Positions 1-9,946 of a stretch of 64,000 bases of DNA are shown here, piece after piece. This DNA comes from Bacilli bacterium (GTDB lineage: Bacteria > Bacillota_I > Bacilli_A > RFN20 > CAG-826), in NCBI GenBank assembly GCA_900767605.1, contig CAAFZT010000029.1:860-64859 (forward strand). The letters run 5' to 3'. A program made the position numbers and the translations under genes. Each line of letters begins with the position of its first letter. Position 1 is the stretch's first letter. The notes under the pieces are model-generated. The model searched no databases and was not told the origin of the DNA. It saw only the letters and a list, made by a program, of their open reading frames with translations.

Positions 1-82
1 TATCAAGACTTGAAACAAATTAAGAAAAACAAAAAAGCTTATCTTCTCAGCAAAGAAGAAAAAGAAGAACTCGGAGGTCGTT

Positions 83-1372
83 ATGCTCATTGATCGCGCA
101 GTAGTGGAAGTACGTTCTGGAAAAGGTGGTGATGGCGCCATTTCTTTTCACCGTGAAAAAAATGTTCCCAAGGGAGGACCCGATGGCGGAAATGGAGGAC
201 GAGGTGGGTCGGTATACCTTATCGCTAAAAAGAATGTAAATACCTTGTTGGCTTATCGTCATTCTCGCGTTTTAAAGGCGGAAGAAGGCGAAAAAGGGGA
301 TAAATGCATGCGTTTTGGCCATCAAGCCCCGGATGTAGTCTCGGAGGTACCGGTTGGCACCGTTGTTTACGAAGAAGACGGTAAGACGCTTATCGCCGAC
401 TTAAAACATGAAGACGACACGGTATGCGTGGCTAAAGGAGGAAGAGGCGGAAGAGGCAACGCCGCCTTCAAATCCTCTCGTATTCGCATCCCTCGGGTTG
501 CTGAAAATGGATTTCCAGGAATTACCAAGAGAATTGTCTTGGAACTTAAGCTTTTGGCCGATGCTGGCTTAATTGGTTTTCCTAGTGTGGGAAAATCCAC
601 TTTGCTCAATATCGTTTCTAAAGCCAACGTTCCAACGGCGGATTACCCCTTCACCACTCTTGTTCCTAACCTTGGAGTTGTGACCTTGGACGATGGCTAT
701 ACTCAATTCGTTTTGGCGGATATGCCGGGTCTTATCGAAGGCGCCCACGAAGGAAAGGGGCTCGGGATCCAATTCTTAAGGCATATTGAAAGATGCCGCG
801 TTTTGATTCACATGGTTTCCATGGATGGGGAAAGAGATCCCGTGGAAGCCTATAAAATCATCAATGAGGAGCTTCGAGATTTTGGGGCGGGTCTAGAAAA
901 ACGTCCTCAAATTGTTGTGGCGACGAAAATGGACTGCGATGGTGCAAGTGAGAGAAAGAAACGCTTGGATGAATTTCTGGGATTTGAATCCATCGGAATT
1001 TCTGCGTTAACGGACGAGAATGTTTCCTTCTTGATGAAAAAAGCCTACGAGATGATCTCGAAGACACCGGAATTTAAACTTGAATCGCTCGTGGAGAACG
1101 AAAAGGAAGGCGGCATGAAGGTTTATGACGCCCATTTGGAAGCCCCGGAAGCCCCGTTTGCCATTTTGCGTCCTTCCGAACATGTTTTTGTCATCACCGG
1201 GGATGAAGTTACCAAGAAATACGCGTTGATTAATTTGACAACCGACGCCGGCGTCAGCCAATTGATTTCTTATCTCAATCGATTGGGTGTAGATGAGGCG
1301 CTGAAGAAGAAAGGAGCGAAAAACGGCGATACCGTACGTTTGCAAGATTTTGAATTCGAATATTATGAATGA
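83..1372 (+). CDS. obg: GTPase Obg/CgtA
   Basis: 429-aa ORF. Glycine-rich Obg fold (GKGGDGAISFHREK, GGPDGGNGGRGG). GTPase motifs GFPSVGKST, DMPGLIEGA, TKMD. C-terminal Obg_CT-like tail. SD-like GGAGG lies upstream. Confidence 0.95.
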   Translation: MLIDRAVVEVRSGKGGDGAISFHREKNVPKGGPDGGNGGRGGSVYLIAKKNVNTLLAYRHSRVLKAEEGEKGDKCMRFGHQAPDVVSEVPVGTVVYEEDGKTLIADLKHEDDTVCVAKGGRGGRGNAAFKSSRIRIPRVAENGFPGITKRIVLELKLLADAGLIGFPSVGKSTLLNIVSKANVPTADYPFTTLVPNLGVVTLDDGYTQFVLADMPGLIEGAHEGKGLGIQFLRHIERCRVLIHMVSMDGERDPVEAYKIINEELRDFGAGLEKRPQIVVATKMDCDGASERKKRLDEFLGFESIGISALTDENVSFLMKKAYEMISKTPEFKLESLVENEKEGGMKVYDAHLEAPEAPFAILRPSEHVFVITGDEVTKKYALINLTTDAGVSQLISYLNRLGVDEALKKKGAKNGDTVRLQDFEFEYYE

Positions 1373-1487
1373 GGAAAAAAAGGAGAAAAAGTCGCCTGAC
1401 ATTTGGCTTTCTTGCGCTTTGTTAAGCTTAAGTTTCCTCCTCTCCCTTTTCTTGCTTATTGGGTTTCTATTGCTGTACCACTAAATT

Positions 1488-2063
1488 ATGATCTATTCCA
1501 TCAAAGGTAAAGTTGTGGAGCGGAATGAAAGTTCCGTGGCCATTGATTTGGGGAATATCGCTTACGAAGTATTCGTTCCCCGCCCTGCCGCTTTTATCAT
1601 TGGCCAGGAAAGCCTCGTCTATACGTATGAAGTGCTCACTCAAGATGACCATTATTTGGTTGGATTCGATAGCAAAAAAGAGAAAGATGCGTTTTTGCTT
1701 CTAGTTTCTGTCAAGGGGATTGGCCCGAAAACTGCATTAAGTGCCTTGTCGAAAACGACGCCCGATGAGCTTTTTTCTGCCGTTGAGAATTCCAATGCCG
1801 CCTTTTTAAAGCGACTTCCCGGAATCGGGCCCAAAGCGGCTCAACAAATTATCTTGGACTTAAAAGGTAGGTTAGTGGAAAGGCCACTTAAGAAAAATGC
1901 GGAAAATCGATATCCGGATGTTTATGGCGCTTTGAAGAGTCTTGGGTTTAAAGCCAAAAAAATTGAAGATGCCATCGACGCGTTGCCCGATGGGGTGGAT
2001 AAGACGGAAGTGGCTCTTAAAACTGCTCTTCGGTTTCTTTCTAAAGAAAGGAAGGCGTCATGA
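1488..2063 (+). CDS. ruvA: Holliday junction branch-migration complex subunit RuvA
   Basis: 191-aa ORF. Contains VKGIGPKTA and LPGIGPKAA helix-hairpin-helix motifs. Overlaps ruvB by 4 nt. Confidence 0.9.
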   Translation: MIYSIKGKVVERNESSVAIDLGNIAYEVFVPRPAAFIIGQESLVYTYEVLTQDDHYLVGFDSKKEKDAFLLLVSVKGIGPKTALSALSKTTPDELFSAVENSNAAFLKRLPGIGPKAAQQIILDLKGRLVERPLKKNAENRYPDVYGALKSLGFKAKKIEDAIDALPDGVDKTEVALKTALRFLSKERKAS

Positions 2064-3064
2064 CGAGATTACTGGATGCCAAAAGGGAAAAGGAAGACGA
2101 ATCCTCCGAATTAACCCTGCGCCCCCAAACCCTGCAAGAATATGTGGGACAAAGCGAAATGAAGGGCAACCTTTCCGTTTTTATTCAAGCGGCGAAAGCG
2201 CGCCAAGAACCTCTTGACCATGTGTTGCTTTACGGTCCGCCAGGCTTAGGCAAAACAACGATGGCCTATGTAATTGGAAATGAACTAGGCGGAAAAGTGA
2301 AGATGGTCAATGGACCTTCCGTTGAAAAAACGGGGGATTTAGCCGCGATTTTAAGTGAACTCGAACCCGGAGACGTTCTTTTTATCGATGAAATTCATCG
2401 TTTGCCGCACGTTGTGGAAGAAGTTCTTTACGGAGCCATGGAAGATTTCACCTTGTCGTTTATGGTAAACCAAGGGGGCTCGAGTCGCGTATTGTCTCTC
2501 CCCCTGCCCCCCTTTACTTTGGTTGGGGCAACCACAAGAGCGGGGGATCTTTCCTCCCCTTTACGAAGCCGTTTCGGCATTAGTTTGAAGATTGATTTCT
2601 ATACGCAAGAAGAATTGGAGCAGATTTTATTTAGGACCTCCCGCGTTTTTAAAACTCCCATTGAGCCTGAGGCTGCTCATTTAATTGCGGCCCGCAGCCG
2701 CGGCACGCCCCGAATTGCCAACCGAATTTTTAAACGTGTTCGTGATTTTGCCACCATTGCGGGTGTCCCTTCTATTGATGCCGCGATGGCGGAAAGTTCC
2801 TTGGATGCTTTGAAGATCGATTCCTTGGGGCTCGACGATGTGGACGTCCATTATTTAAATTGCATCATTGATCGCTTTCATGGCGGCCCGGTTGGCTTAG
2901 AAGCCATTGCTTCTTCGATTGGAGAAGAAATTGGAAATTTAGAAGATGTTTATGAGCCTTATTTGACAATGATTGGTCTCATTAACCGTACACCTCGTGG
3001 ACGCGTAGCCACCGAAAAAGCCTACGCGCACTTGAAGAAGCGCCACCAAAAAACGTTATTTTAG
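2060..3064 (+). CDS. ruvB: Holliday junction DNA helicase RuvB
   Basis: 334 aa. Walker [10 protein letters not shown], Walker [18 protein letters not shown] sensor region. Confidence 0.95.
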   Translation: MTRLLDAKREKEDESSELTLRPQTLQEYVGQSEMKGNLSVFIQAAKARQEPLDHVLLYGPPGLGKTTMAYVIGNELGGKVKMVNGPSVEKTGDLAAILSELEPGDVLFIDEIHRLPHVVEEVLYGAMEDFTLSFMVNQGGSSRVLSLPLPPFTLVGATTRAGDLSSPLRSRFGISLKIDFYTQEELEQILFRTSRVFKTPIEPEAAHLIAARSRGTPRIANRIFKRVRDFATIAGVPSIDAAMAESSLDALKIDSLGLDDVDVHYLNCIIDRFHGGPVGLEAIASSIGEEIGNLEDVYEPYLTMIGLINRTPRGRVATEKAYAHLKKRHQKTLF

Positions 3065-3112
3065 AGTTCACGGCTTCTTTTTAATTGTTTCGGCAACGCT
3101 TTGAGCGTATCC

Positions 3113-3141
3113 TTAACGCGATAGCATGATTTATCTATAAA
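3113..3141 (+). promoter_or_regulatory. candidate sigma-A promoter for secDF (TTAACG-N17-TATAAA)
   Basis: Hexamers read by eye in the 112-nt gap upstream of secDF. No other support. Confidence 0.35.
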
Positions 3142-3176
3142 TCACCGCTCGCCTGCCACTGTTTGGAGGAATTTGT

Positions 3177-6038
3177 ATGCGTCGATTCATCGCTTATGTC
3201 GCCATGACCACGACCCTTATTGTTGGCGTTGGAGCCCTTGCCGCCCCGACGATGCTTCATATGGACATGGACTTAGCCTACGCCAATGGGAAAACCCTTT
3301 ATTTTCGCGCTAGCGAATTTAACGAAAGCTCGTTAAACGGAAATTATGATTCGTTCTTAGGGGATTCCGATAAACTGGATGTCGCAATGGACGGAGAAAC
3401 TTATATCGTTTCTCGCATGGCGGATACGATTCGCGATCGTTTGGATAATTGGGGAATTTCTGAGTATGACGTGACCACCGAAGGATACGATACGATTCGC
3501 GTTTCTTTGCGTACCTCCTTCAACAACAGCCAAGAATATACCCGGTTGCAAAATTATCTTTCATTTAGCGGGCAAAAATATGAATTGGATGCTTCTAACA
3601 CCGCCGGGGATTCTTCTAGCGGCGAAGATAGTAACGCTTACGAACATAACGATGCTTGGGAAACGATGCTCGATGGAAAGAAAGCGGAAGTGACCCTTCT
3701 TAATATGAATTCGTTCCAGGTTCCTGTTGTCATCGTTCCGATTGACGACAAGGATAAGAGCGCTTTCGATACGCTTCTTGATTACTGCAAAAAGAACACC
3801 GTTGCCGAAGAAACGGATTCTTCTGGGTCCGTCGTTACGGAAGGAAAGGACTGCAACGTCGTTTTGTGGGCGAATCGTGGAGATGAAGACCGCTATGAAA
3901 ACAAAGCGGATCCTAACGTTTCCTCTAAAATCCTTTTCGAACACAGCGCTAGCGACGATCAATGCGTTTACTACAAGGATGGGGATGATGATAAAGAACA
4001 TCCTTATTTCCAAATGATCCCCTCTAGCGAAGCGACTAGCAGCGGAACTTATGATCCGACGAAAGCCCAAAGTGCCACGGATGCCGCGAATTATTTGGCG
4101 AATCTATTTAACGCTTCGGCTTATAAATATCATTCTGATGCCTGCCAAAATGCTGGTGATGTTACTCAATATCGTTTGAATTTCATGTATAGCGAGGATA
4201 CCCAAGCAACGGTTGATCCTCTCATTCGACTCGGTGATTGGTCGATTTCCCCGGCCATGGGGCGTACCATGATTTCCGTTTTGGTTGGAATGGTGTTGCT
4301 GTTTGCCTTGCTTGGAATGTTCCACCGCGTTTTAGCTCTTCAAGAAATGGCGGTTGTCATGACTTCTGGGCTTGCTTCGCTTGCTACGTTCGTTGCCTTT
4401 GGCGCTCAATTTAATATTGCTGCCCTCATCGCCTTGATTACCTCTTCTATGGCCACCTTGTTCGGAGCGATTTTCTACGGAAGCCGCTTGCGGAACGAGC
4501 TTTATAAGGGCCGTACCCTCAAAAAGGCTTGCCAGGAAGCTTCCAAAGCTTCGAGTTGGCCCATGGTGGATGCCGGAATCATTAGCATCGTTATCGGTGT
4601 TTTCCTCTATGTTTTGGGCGGATCGGTCTGCAGAGCCGGCGGAGTTATGCTTACGCTGGGCGGTTTCTTCGGAATTTTCGCCAATTTAATCTTAACGAAA
4701 CTGTCCGGATGGCTTCTTTGCAACGATTCTGGAATGCAAAAATCTTTCCCAAAAATGCTTGGGGTAAAGAAGGAAGAAATTCCCAATCTCATGCAAGATG
4801 AGAAGCAAAAGTATTTCGGACCTTATTCGAAAAAATCCTTCCAAAAAGGCAAATTCTGGGCCTATGGCGTCTCTTCGTTAATGATTTTGGCTGGAATTGG
4901 CGGATGCGTTGGATTTGGGATTGCCAATGATGGCAACGTCTACAATGATGCGGCCTATCATTCTGAAACCACGACTCTTCGCTTGGAAGTTCGTTCCTCT
5001 AAACAGGATGCAATTACGGTCGTTCCGTTTGCTAACGCTGGCGATGTCTATACGGCCAAATCGACGGATAAAGGAGATTTACTCCATCGATACACCATTA
5101 ATGATGTGGTTCTTGGGGATATGGTTTCTTCTTTCTCCTTGTCCTCCACTCCAAAAGATGTCTATGAAACCCCAGAAGAAGGAACGGATGGCATCCATTA
5201 TTATTATTTCTATTACGAAGCTAAATTGAATCGTGTCTTGGATCCAAATAGCAGCTATACCATTGCCTCTTGGAATCGGGTAGAACAGCAATATTCCAAT
5301 GCGGTTGGAGATCAGTTGTCCTCTTTGAGCAGCGCTCTGGCTGAAGTGGGCGGAGAAGATGCTTCTGGAAATTATGTTCGCGTGAGCTTCAATACGGTTA
5401 CTCCTAAAACGTTGAATCCATATATTGGCGATGTTTGCCTCGGACTTGGCGTTGGTTTGGCTGTGTGTGCCGTCTATTTGGTTGCCCGTTATCGTTTTAG
5501 CCGTGGATTGGCCTTATCTCTAGTTGCTATTGCCACAACGTTTATGGCTTGGAGTTTCTTCGTTTACACTCGCATCTCGGTCTCCCCGATGGTTGCGCTA
5601 GGTATGATTTTTGGGGTTGTGGTGTCGCTTTGCGGCATGCTCTTCATCCTTTCTCGCGAAAAAGAATTATTCAAAGAAGACCGCGAAAAAGAAAAAGGAA
5701 CCCTCGCTTCTCGTTCTGAACGCTTGAATCGTTCTACCTCCTATGAAGCAGGCAATGTCTTTGTTTACGCCATTTTAGCCGAATATTTGGCTTTGGTAGG
5801 TTTTGCGATTGGCCCAGTTGCCTACGCTCCGGTTTATCTTTGCGCGATTTTAGGAATCGCTTTTGGAACGATTATTGGCCTAGTTTGCCTCGCCCCGATT
5901 TCCATTCGTTTTGCGACTTGGAATTCGAAGGTCCATTTGCCGAAATTCTCTCATAAAAAGAAGCAGGGCGGACAATTGATGAAAAAGAAACGGAGCGGTG
6001 AGCCGGAAGAGGCAATCTTCATCGGTATCAACGACTGA
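3177..6038 (+). CDS. secDF: fused protein-export membrane protein SecDF (divergent, enlarged extracytoplasmic domains)
   Basis: 953 aa. N-terminal signal-anchor helix. Two blocks of about six TM helices each. Their last helices and loops follow SecD-like and SecF-like patterns (GRTLKKACQEASKASSWPMVDAGIISIVIG..; SREKELFKED..RSTSYEAGNVFVYAIL). Sits in the secDF-recJ-rel position known from Bacillus. Confidence 0.65.
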   Translation: MRRFIAYVAMTTTLIVGVGALAAPTMLHMDMDLAYANGKTLYFRASEFNESSLNGNYDSFLGDSDKLDVAMDGETYIVSRMADTIRDRLDNWGISEYDVTTEGYDTIRVSLRTSFNNSQEYTRLQNYLSFSGQKYELDASNTAGDSSSGEDSNAYEHNDAWETMLDGKKAEVTLLNMNSFQVPVVIVPIDDKDKSAFDTLLDYCKKNTVAEETDSSGSVVTEGKDCNVVLWANRGDEDRYENKADPNVSSKILFEHSASDDQCVYYKDGDDDKEHPYFQMIPSSEATSSGTYDPTKAQSATDAANYLANLFNASAYKYHSDACQNAGDVTQYRLNFMYSEDTQATVDPLIRLGDWSISPAMGRTMISVLVGMVLLFALLGMFHRVLALQEMAVVMTSGLASLATFVAFGAQFNIAALIALITSSMATLFGAIFYGSRLRNELYKGRTLKKACQEASKASSWPMVDAGIISIVIGVFLYVLGGSVCRAGGVMLTLGGFFGIFANLILTKLSGWLLCNDSGMQKSFPKMLGVKKEEIPNLMQDEKQKYFGPYSKKSFQKGKFWAYGVSSLMILAGIGGCVGFGIANDGNVYNDAAYHSETTTLRLEVRSSKQDAITVVPFANAGDVYTAKSTDKGDLLHRYTINDVVLGDMVSSFSLSSTPKDVYETPEEGTDGIHYYYFYYEAKLNRVLDPNSSYTIASWNRVEQQYSNAVGDQLSSLSSALAEVGGEDASGNYVRVSFNTVTPKTLNPYIGDVCLGLGVGLAVCAVYLVARYRFSRGLALSLVAIATTFMAWSFFVYTRISVSPMVALGMIFGVVVSLCGMLFILSREKELFKEDREKEKGTLASRSERLNRSTSYEAGNVFVYAILAEYLALVGFAIGPVAYAPVYLCAILGIAFGTIIGLVCLAPISIRFATWNSKVHLPKFSHKKKQGGQLMKKKRSGEPEEAIFIGIND

Positions 6039-6039
6039 T

Positions 6040-7602
6040 ATGCCTGACGTCAAAAAACGGCTTCTCCGTTACTATTCCCTCACGGAAGACGAATACGAAG
6101 CCATGGCGAAACCCGCTACGTTTGACGATATTCCTCTTTTACCTGAAACCCCCGATTTAGTTCGTGCGAAAACCCGAATTGAGTTAGGGGCAAAAAAACA
6201 CGATCGTATCCTTATTTATGGCGATTATGACGCTGACGGAATCATGTCGGCGTCTATTATTAAAATTTGTCTCCGCAAAATCGGCTCAGAAGCCCAGGTT
6301 TTTATTCCGTCCCGCTATTTAGATGGATACGGTTTAACGATGGAGAACGCCGTTAGAATCGCCAATTGTTTTGATTTGGTTATCCTTGTGGATAATGGCG
6401 TCAGCTCCAGCTCGGAAATTAGTTATTTAAAAGAAAAAGGCGTAGACGTTATCGTTTTAGACCATCATGAAATCGGAGAATGCCTCCCTCTTGATGCGTT
6501 CGCCTTTGTTCATCCTGACCGCTTGAAATACGGTCCCTATCCGATTTCCGCAGGAGAACTTTGCTTTGGCTTTTCTCGCTATTTGCTGAATAAAAACGAC
6601 GAGTACTTGGCTATTTTGGCAGGCATTTCTACGATTTCTGATTGTATGCCACTAAGGGGATACAATCAAAAACTCGTTTCTCTCACCTTGCATTTGATCG
6701 TCAGAAATAATGTGAATCATATTTTGGATTTAACTAGCCGACGCCATATTGACGAAAAGGTTTTGGGAATGGAAATTATTCCTCAAATCAATTCTGTTGG
6801 AAGAATGGAAGAAGGGCATTTTGGCAATAAAATCGTCGATTATTTTGCTAATTCCGACCGTGGGCTTGAATTTGAACAAGCCATGGTCTCTTATTTGCGG
6901 AACACGAACCAAAACCGCAAAGACGCTACCAAAAAAGCGGAAAACGAATTAGATTTTGATCCCTCACTTCCCGGGATTTCGGTTGTGGGTAATCTTCCGG
7001 AAGGTCTAAACGGCCTTTTGGCCAACAAATTACTTAACGAATACGATAAACCAATCATGGTTTTTTCTCCTAGCAGAAAAGAGCCTGGCGTTTTTGTCGG
7101 ATCGGCACGAAGCAAAGAAGGCTTCAACGTCATGGAATTTTGGAAAGAAAATGAAAAGATTTTGGAGCGGTTTGGCGGACACGATTACGCGGGAGGGGCC
7201 AGCATTAAACAGGAAAATCTGGATCTTCTCCAAAAATCCTTCCTCGAGTTTTCAAAAAATCATCCTTTTTCCGTTGAACCGCCGCCTCATATTAATTTGA
7301 TTCTGAATGACCTTACCCCCGACTTATACCCGCTGATTCGGTCGTTTGGCCCTTTTGGAACCGAACATGAAGAACCTTTATTTCGAATTAACGAAGTTCC
7401 GGCGTCGATGCTTAGACTTGTTTCCTCGGGGAAATGCATGAAAACGAATTACCATTCCGTGGAGATTTTTAGTTTCCAAATCAATAAAGAACATCCTCTT
7501 AACCCTTTCAAACACATCGCGTTGGATGGGAGATTTAGAATTAACGAATATAATGGAAAAGCTGCCGTTCGTTTTGAATGCAGCCCCGTTATCGTTAAAT
7601 AG
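6040..7602 (+). CDS. recJ: single-stranded-DNA-specific exonuclease RecJ (short form)
   Basis: DHH family motifs IYGDYDADGI, VDNG, VLDHHE, and a GGHDYAGG DHHA1 motif. ATG at 6040 directly follows the secDF stop (TGATATG). The ORF track also allows a start at 5998. Confidence 0.85.
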   Translation: MPDVKKRLLRYYSLTEDEYEAMAKPATFDDIPLLPETPDLVRAKTRIELGAKKHDRILIYGDYDADGIMSASIIKICLRKIGSEAQVFIPSRYLDGYGLTMENAVRIANCFDLVILVDNGVSSSSEISYLKEKGVDVIVLDHHEIGECLPLDAFAFVHPDRLKYGPYPISAGELCFGFSRYLLNKNDEYLAILAGISTISDCMPLRGYNQKLVSLTLHLIVRNNVNHILDLTSRRHIDEKVLGMEIIPQINSVGRMEEGHFGNKIVDYFANSDRGLEFEQAMVSYLRNTNQNRKDATKKAENELDFDPSLPGISVVGNLPEGLNGLLANKLLNEYDKPIMVFSPSRKEPGVFVGSARSKEGFNVMEFWKENEKILERFGGHDYAGGASIKQENLDLLQKSFLEFSKNHPFSVEPPPHINLILNDLTPDLYPLIRSFGPFGTEHEEPLFRINEVPASMLRLVSSGKCMKTNYHSVEIFSFQINKEHPLNPFKHIALDGRFRINEYNGKAAVRFECSPVIVK

Positions 7603-7701
7603 CCCCATTTTTCTTTTTTGTTCCTGTGCTACGATATTTCCATTATGGATGAAAGCGCTCAAAAAAATTTAAAACCCTTACCCCCCAATGGAGGGTACCC
7701 C

Positions 7702-9876
7702 ATGCATACCATGGAGCAGCTCAAAGCGATTTATTTTCCTTATATTAAAAACGAAACCGATCGCCAAAAGATTGAAAAAGCCTATGAATTGGCCAAAAAA
7801 CAGCACGAAGGTCAGTTCCGCAAATCGGGCGAGCCCTATATTCAACACCCGATTGAAGTGGCCTATATTTGCGCTAAGCTGCAAGCGGGCCCTTCCACCT
7901 TGGCGGCAGCATTTCTCCATGATGTGGTAGAAGACACGGACACCACCGTTGAAGACATTGAACGCGATTTCGGCAAAGATGTCGCCAAAATTGTTGATGC
8001 ATTAACCAAAATTCAAAGAATGAAACTTTCGCATATGACGGCGGAAGATTTTGAAGCAGAGGATCATCGAAAAATCTTCCTCGGCATGGCTCAAGATGTT
8101 CGTGTAATCATCGTTAAACTTGCCGATCGGCTTCACAACATGCGCACCTTGGATTCCCTTTCTCCTGAAAGACAGCAAGCTTTGGCCAAGGAAACCATCG
8201 AAGTTTTTACTCCGATTGCCCATCGTCTTGGAATTTACACGGTGCAAAGCGAATTGGAAGACTTGTCCCTGAAGTATTTGGATCCTGAAAAGTACCAGCA
8301 TATTTTGGCGTTAGTTAACGATCGTTTTGAGCACCGAAAGGAATCGTTGGAAGGCTTAAAAAAGAGGATTGCCGACATCCTTTTTGAACACAAGATCCCT
8401 TTCAAGATGGAAAGTCGCGTTAAATCCATCTATTCCATTTATCGAAAAATGTATCAAAAATCCCATAATTTTGAGGATATTTATGATGTTTTGGCGATTC
8501 GCGTGATTACGAAAACCACGTTAAATTGCTATGAAATCCTTGGGATTATCCATTCGACATATAAACCGATTCCCGGCCGTTTTAAAGATTATATCGCCAT
8601 GCCAAAGCCCAACATGTATCAGTCGTTGCATACATCGATTTTGGCAGGGGATGGCAATGCTTATGAAATCCAAATAAGAACAGAAGAAATGGATCAAATT
8701 GCCGAAACTGGCGTTGCGGCTCACTGGAAATACAAGGAAGGAAATTACAACCAGGAATCCGAACAAAAAGATATCGAAAATCAATTATCCTGGTTCCGCG
8801 ATTTCGTCTCTCTTTCCGAAGATAACCAAAGCAAATCGGCGAAGGAGTACCTCCATTCTTTGACTAGCGATATTTTCGGAGCGAATGTTTATGTTTTTAC
8901 TCCGATGGGCAAGGTTATTGATTTGCCAAAAGGGGCTACCACCCTCGATTTTGCTTATAAAATCCATACAAAAGTCGGGGATTCGGCCGTTGGAGCATTC
9001 GTGAATGGAGTGGGCGTTTCCCTCAATACGGTTTTGAAAACCGGCGATGTTTGCGAGATTCGAACCTCAAAAACGGCCTATCCCAATGACTCTTGGCTTG
9101 AAATTGCCAAAACCACCTCGGCACAAAACCACATTCGCCGGGCTTTGCAGAAAAAACAAGAAGCCTTTATGCGCGAAGAAAAAATTCGTCAAGGAAGGCA
9201 ATCCCTTCTCGACGCCTTCCGCATGCAGGGAATCGAAGAAGAGGCGGCGATGAAAGCCTTAGAAGACCCTCGAATCGAAAATGAATACCATTTCGACAAT
9301 TTGGATGATTTATTCGTCGCGATAACGAACCGTAATCCCACGCCTGCCGCTGTATTGGATACTTTGAAGATTCGTCGCAAGCCTTCGATTACCGATTTTG
9401 CAAAAAGAACGAGACCAAAGAAAGCAGATACTAGTCCCGTTGTCGTAGGAGGCGGAGTGACCGGATTAATGATTAGCCTAGGCCATTGCTGCACCCCGAT
9501 TCCTGGAGATGACATTGTTGGATATATCACCAAAGGAAAAGGGATTACGATACACCGAGCCAATTGCCCCAATGTGCAAAATGAAAAAGCCCGTTTAGTT
9601 GATGTGAAGTGGAAGGAAGAACTCGCCATATCTTCTTATCCCGTTGACATTCAGATCTTTGCTAACGACCGTTCTAATTTGCTCGCGGATATTTTGTCTA
9701 CCTTCGGAGCAAAAGGAGTGGGGGTCAGCGATCTACGTGCTCACTTAAAAGAAGATACGATGGATGACGTTATTAACATGACCATTACCGTGTCTAATGC
9801 CAAAGTGCTGCAAGATTGCTTTGCAGATTTACTGGGCATCAAAGGCGTTTACGACGTTATTCGTGTTATTCATTAA
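7702..9876 (+). CDS. relA: bifunctional (p)ppGpp synthetase/hydrolase Rel
   Basis: HD hydrolase domain (HPIEV.., HDVVEDT), RelA/SpoT synthetase domain, and TGS and ACT-like C-terminal regions. ATG at 7702 has GGAGGG 7 nt upstream. The ORF is open from 7618 (TTG). Confidence 0.9.
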   Translation: MHTMEQLKAIYFPYIKNETDRQKIEKAYELAKKQHEGQFRKSGEPYIQHPIEVAYICAKLQAGPSTLAAAFLHDVVEDTDTTVEDIERDFGKDVAKIVDALTKIQRMKLSHMTAEDFEAEDHRKIFLGMAQDVRVIIVKLADRLHNMRTLDSLSPERQQALAKETIEVFTPIAHRLGIYTVQSELEDLSLKYLDPEKYQHILALVNDRFEHRKESLEGLKKRIADILFEHKIPFKMESRVKSIYSIYRKMYQKSHNFEDIYDVLAIRVITKTTLNCYEILGIIHSTYKPIPGRFKDYIAMPKPNMYQSLHTSILAGDGNAYEIQIRTEEMDQIAETGVAAHWKYKEGNYNQESEQKDIENQLSWFRDFVSLSEDNQSKSAKEYLHSLTSDIFGANVYVFTPMGKVIDLPKGATTLDFAYKIHTKVGDSAVGAFVNGVGVSLNTVLKTGDVCEIRTSKTAYPNDSWLEIAKTTSAQNHIRRALQKKQEAFMREEKIRQGRQSLLDAFRMQGIEEEAAMKALEDPRIENEYHFDNLDDLFVAITNRNPTPAAVLDTLKIRRKPSITDFAKRTRPKKADTSPVVVGGGVTGLMISLGHCCTPIPGDDIVGYITKGKGITIHRANCPNVQNEKARLVDVKWKEELAISSYPVDIQIFANDRSNLLADILSTFGAKGVGVSDLRAHLKEDTMDDVINMTITVSNAKVLQDCFADLLGIKGVYDVIRVIH

Positions 9877-9946
9877 TGTAGCCGCCTGATTGAAGAAAGG
9901 CTATGAATAGCCTATACTTATCAAGCCTAATCAGGAGAGTATTTTT

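Noticed and set aside
1-93. A frame open from the left edge to TGA at 91..93 (…KEEKEELGGRYAH*), overlapping the obg start by 11 nt. It may be the 3' end of an upstream gene.
   Set aside because: Only 30 codons are visible and there is no motif. It cannot be told apart from a chance open frame, so it is not reported as a feature.
3561-4070. A 169-aa - strand ORF inside secDF.
   Set aside because: It is antisense to the long secDF frame, which has topology and synteny support. It has no ribosome-binding site.
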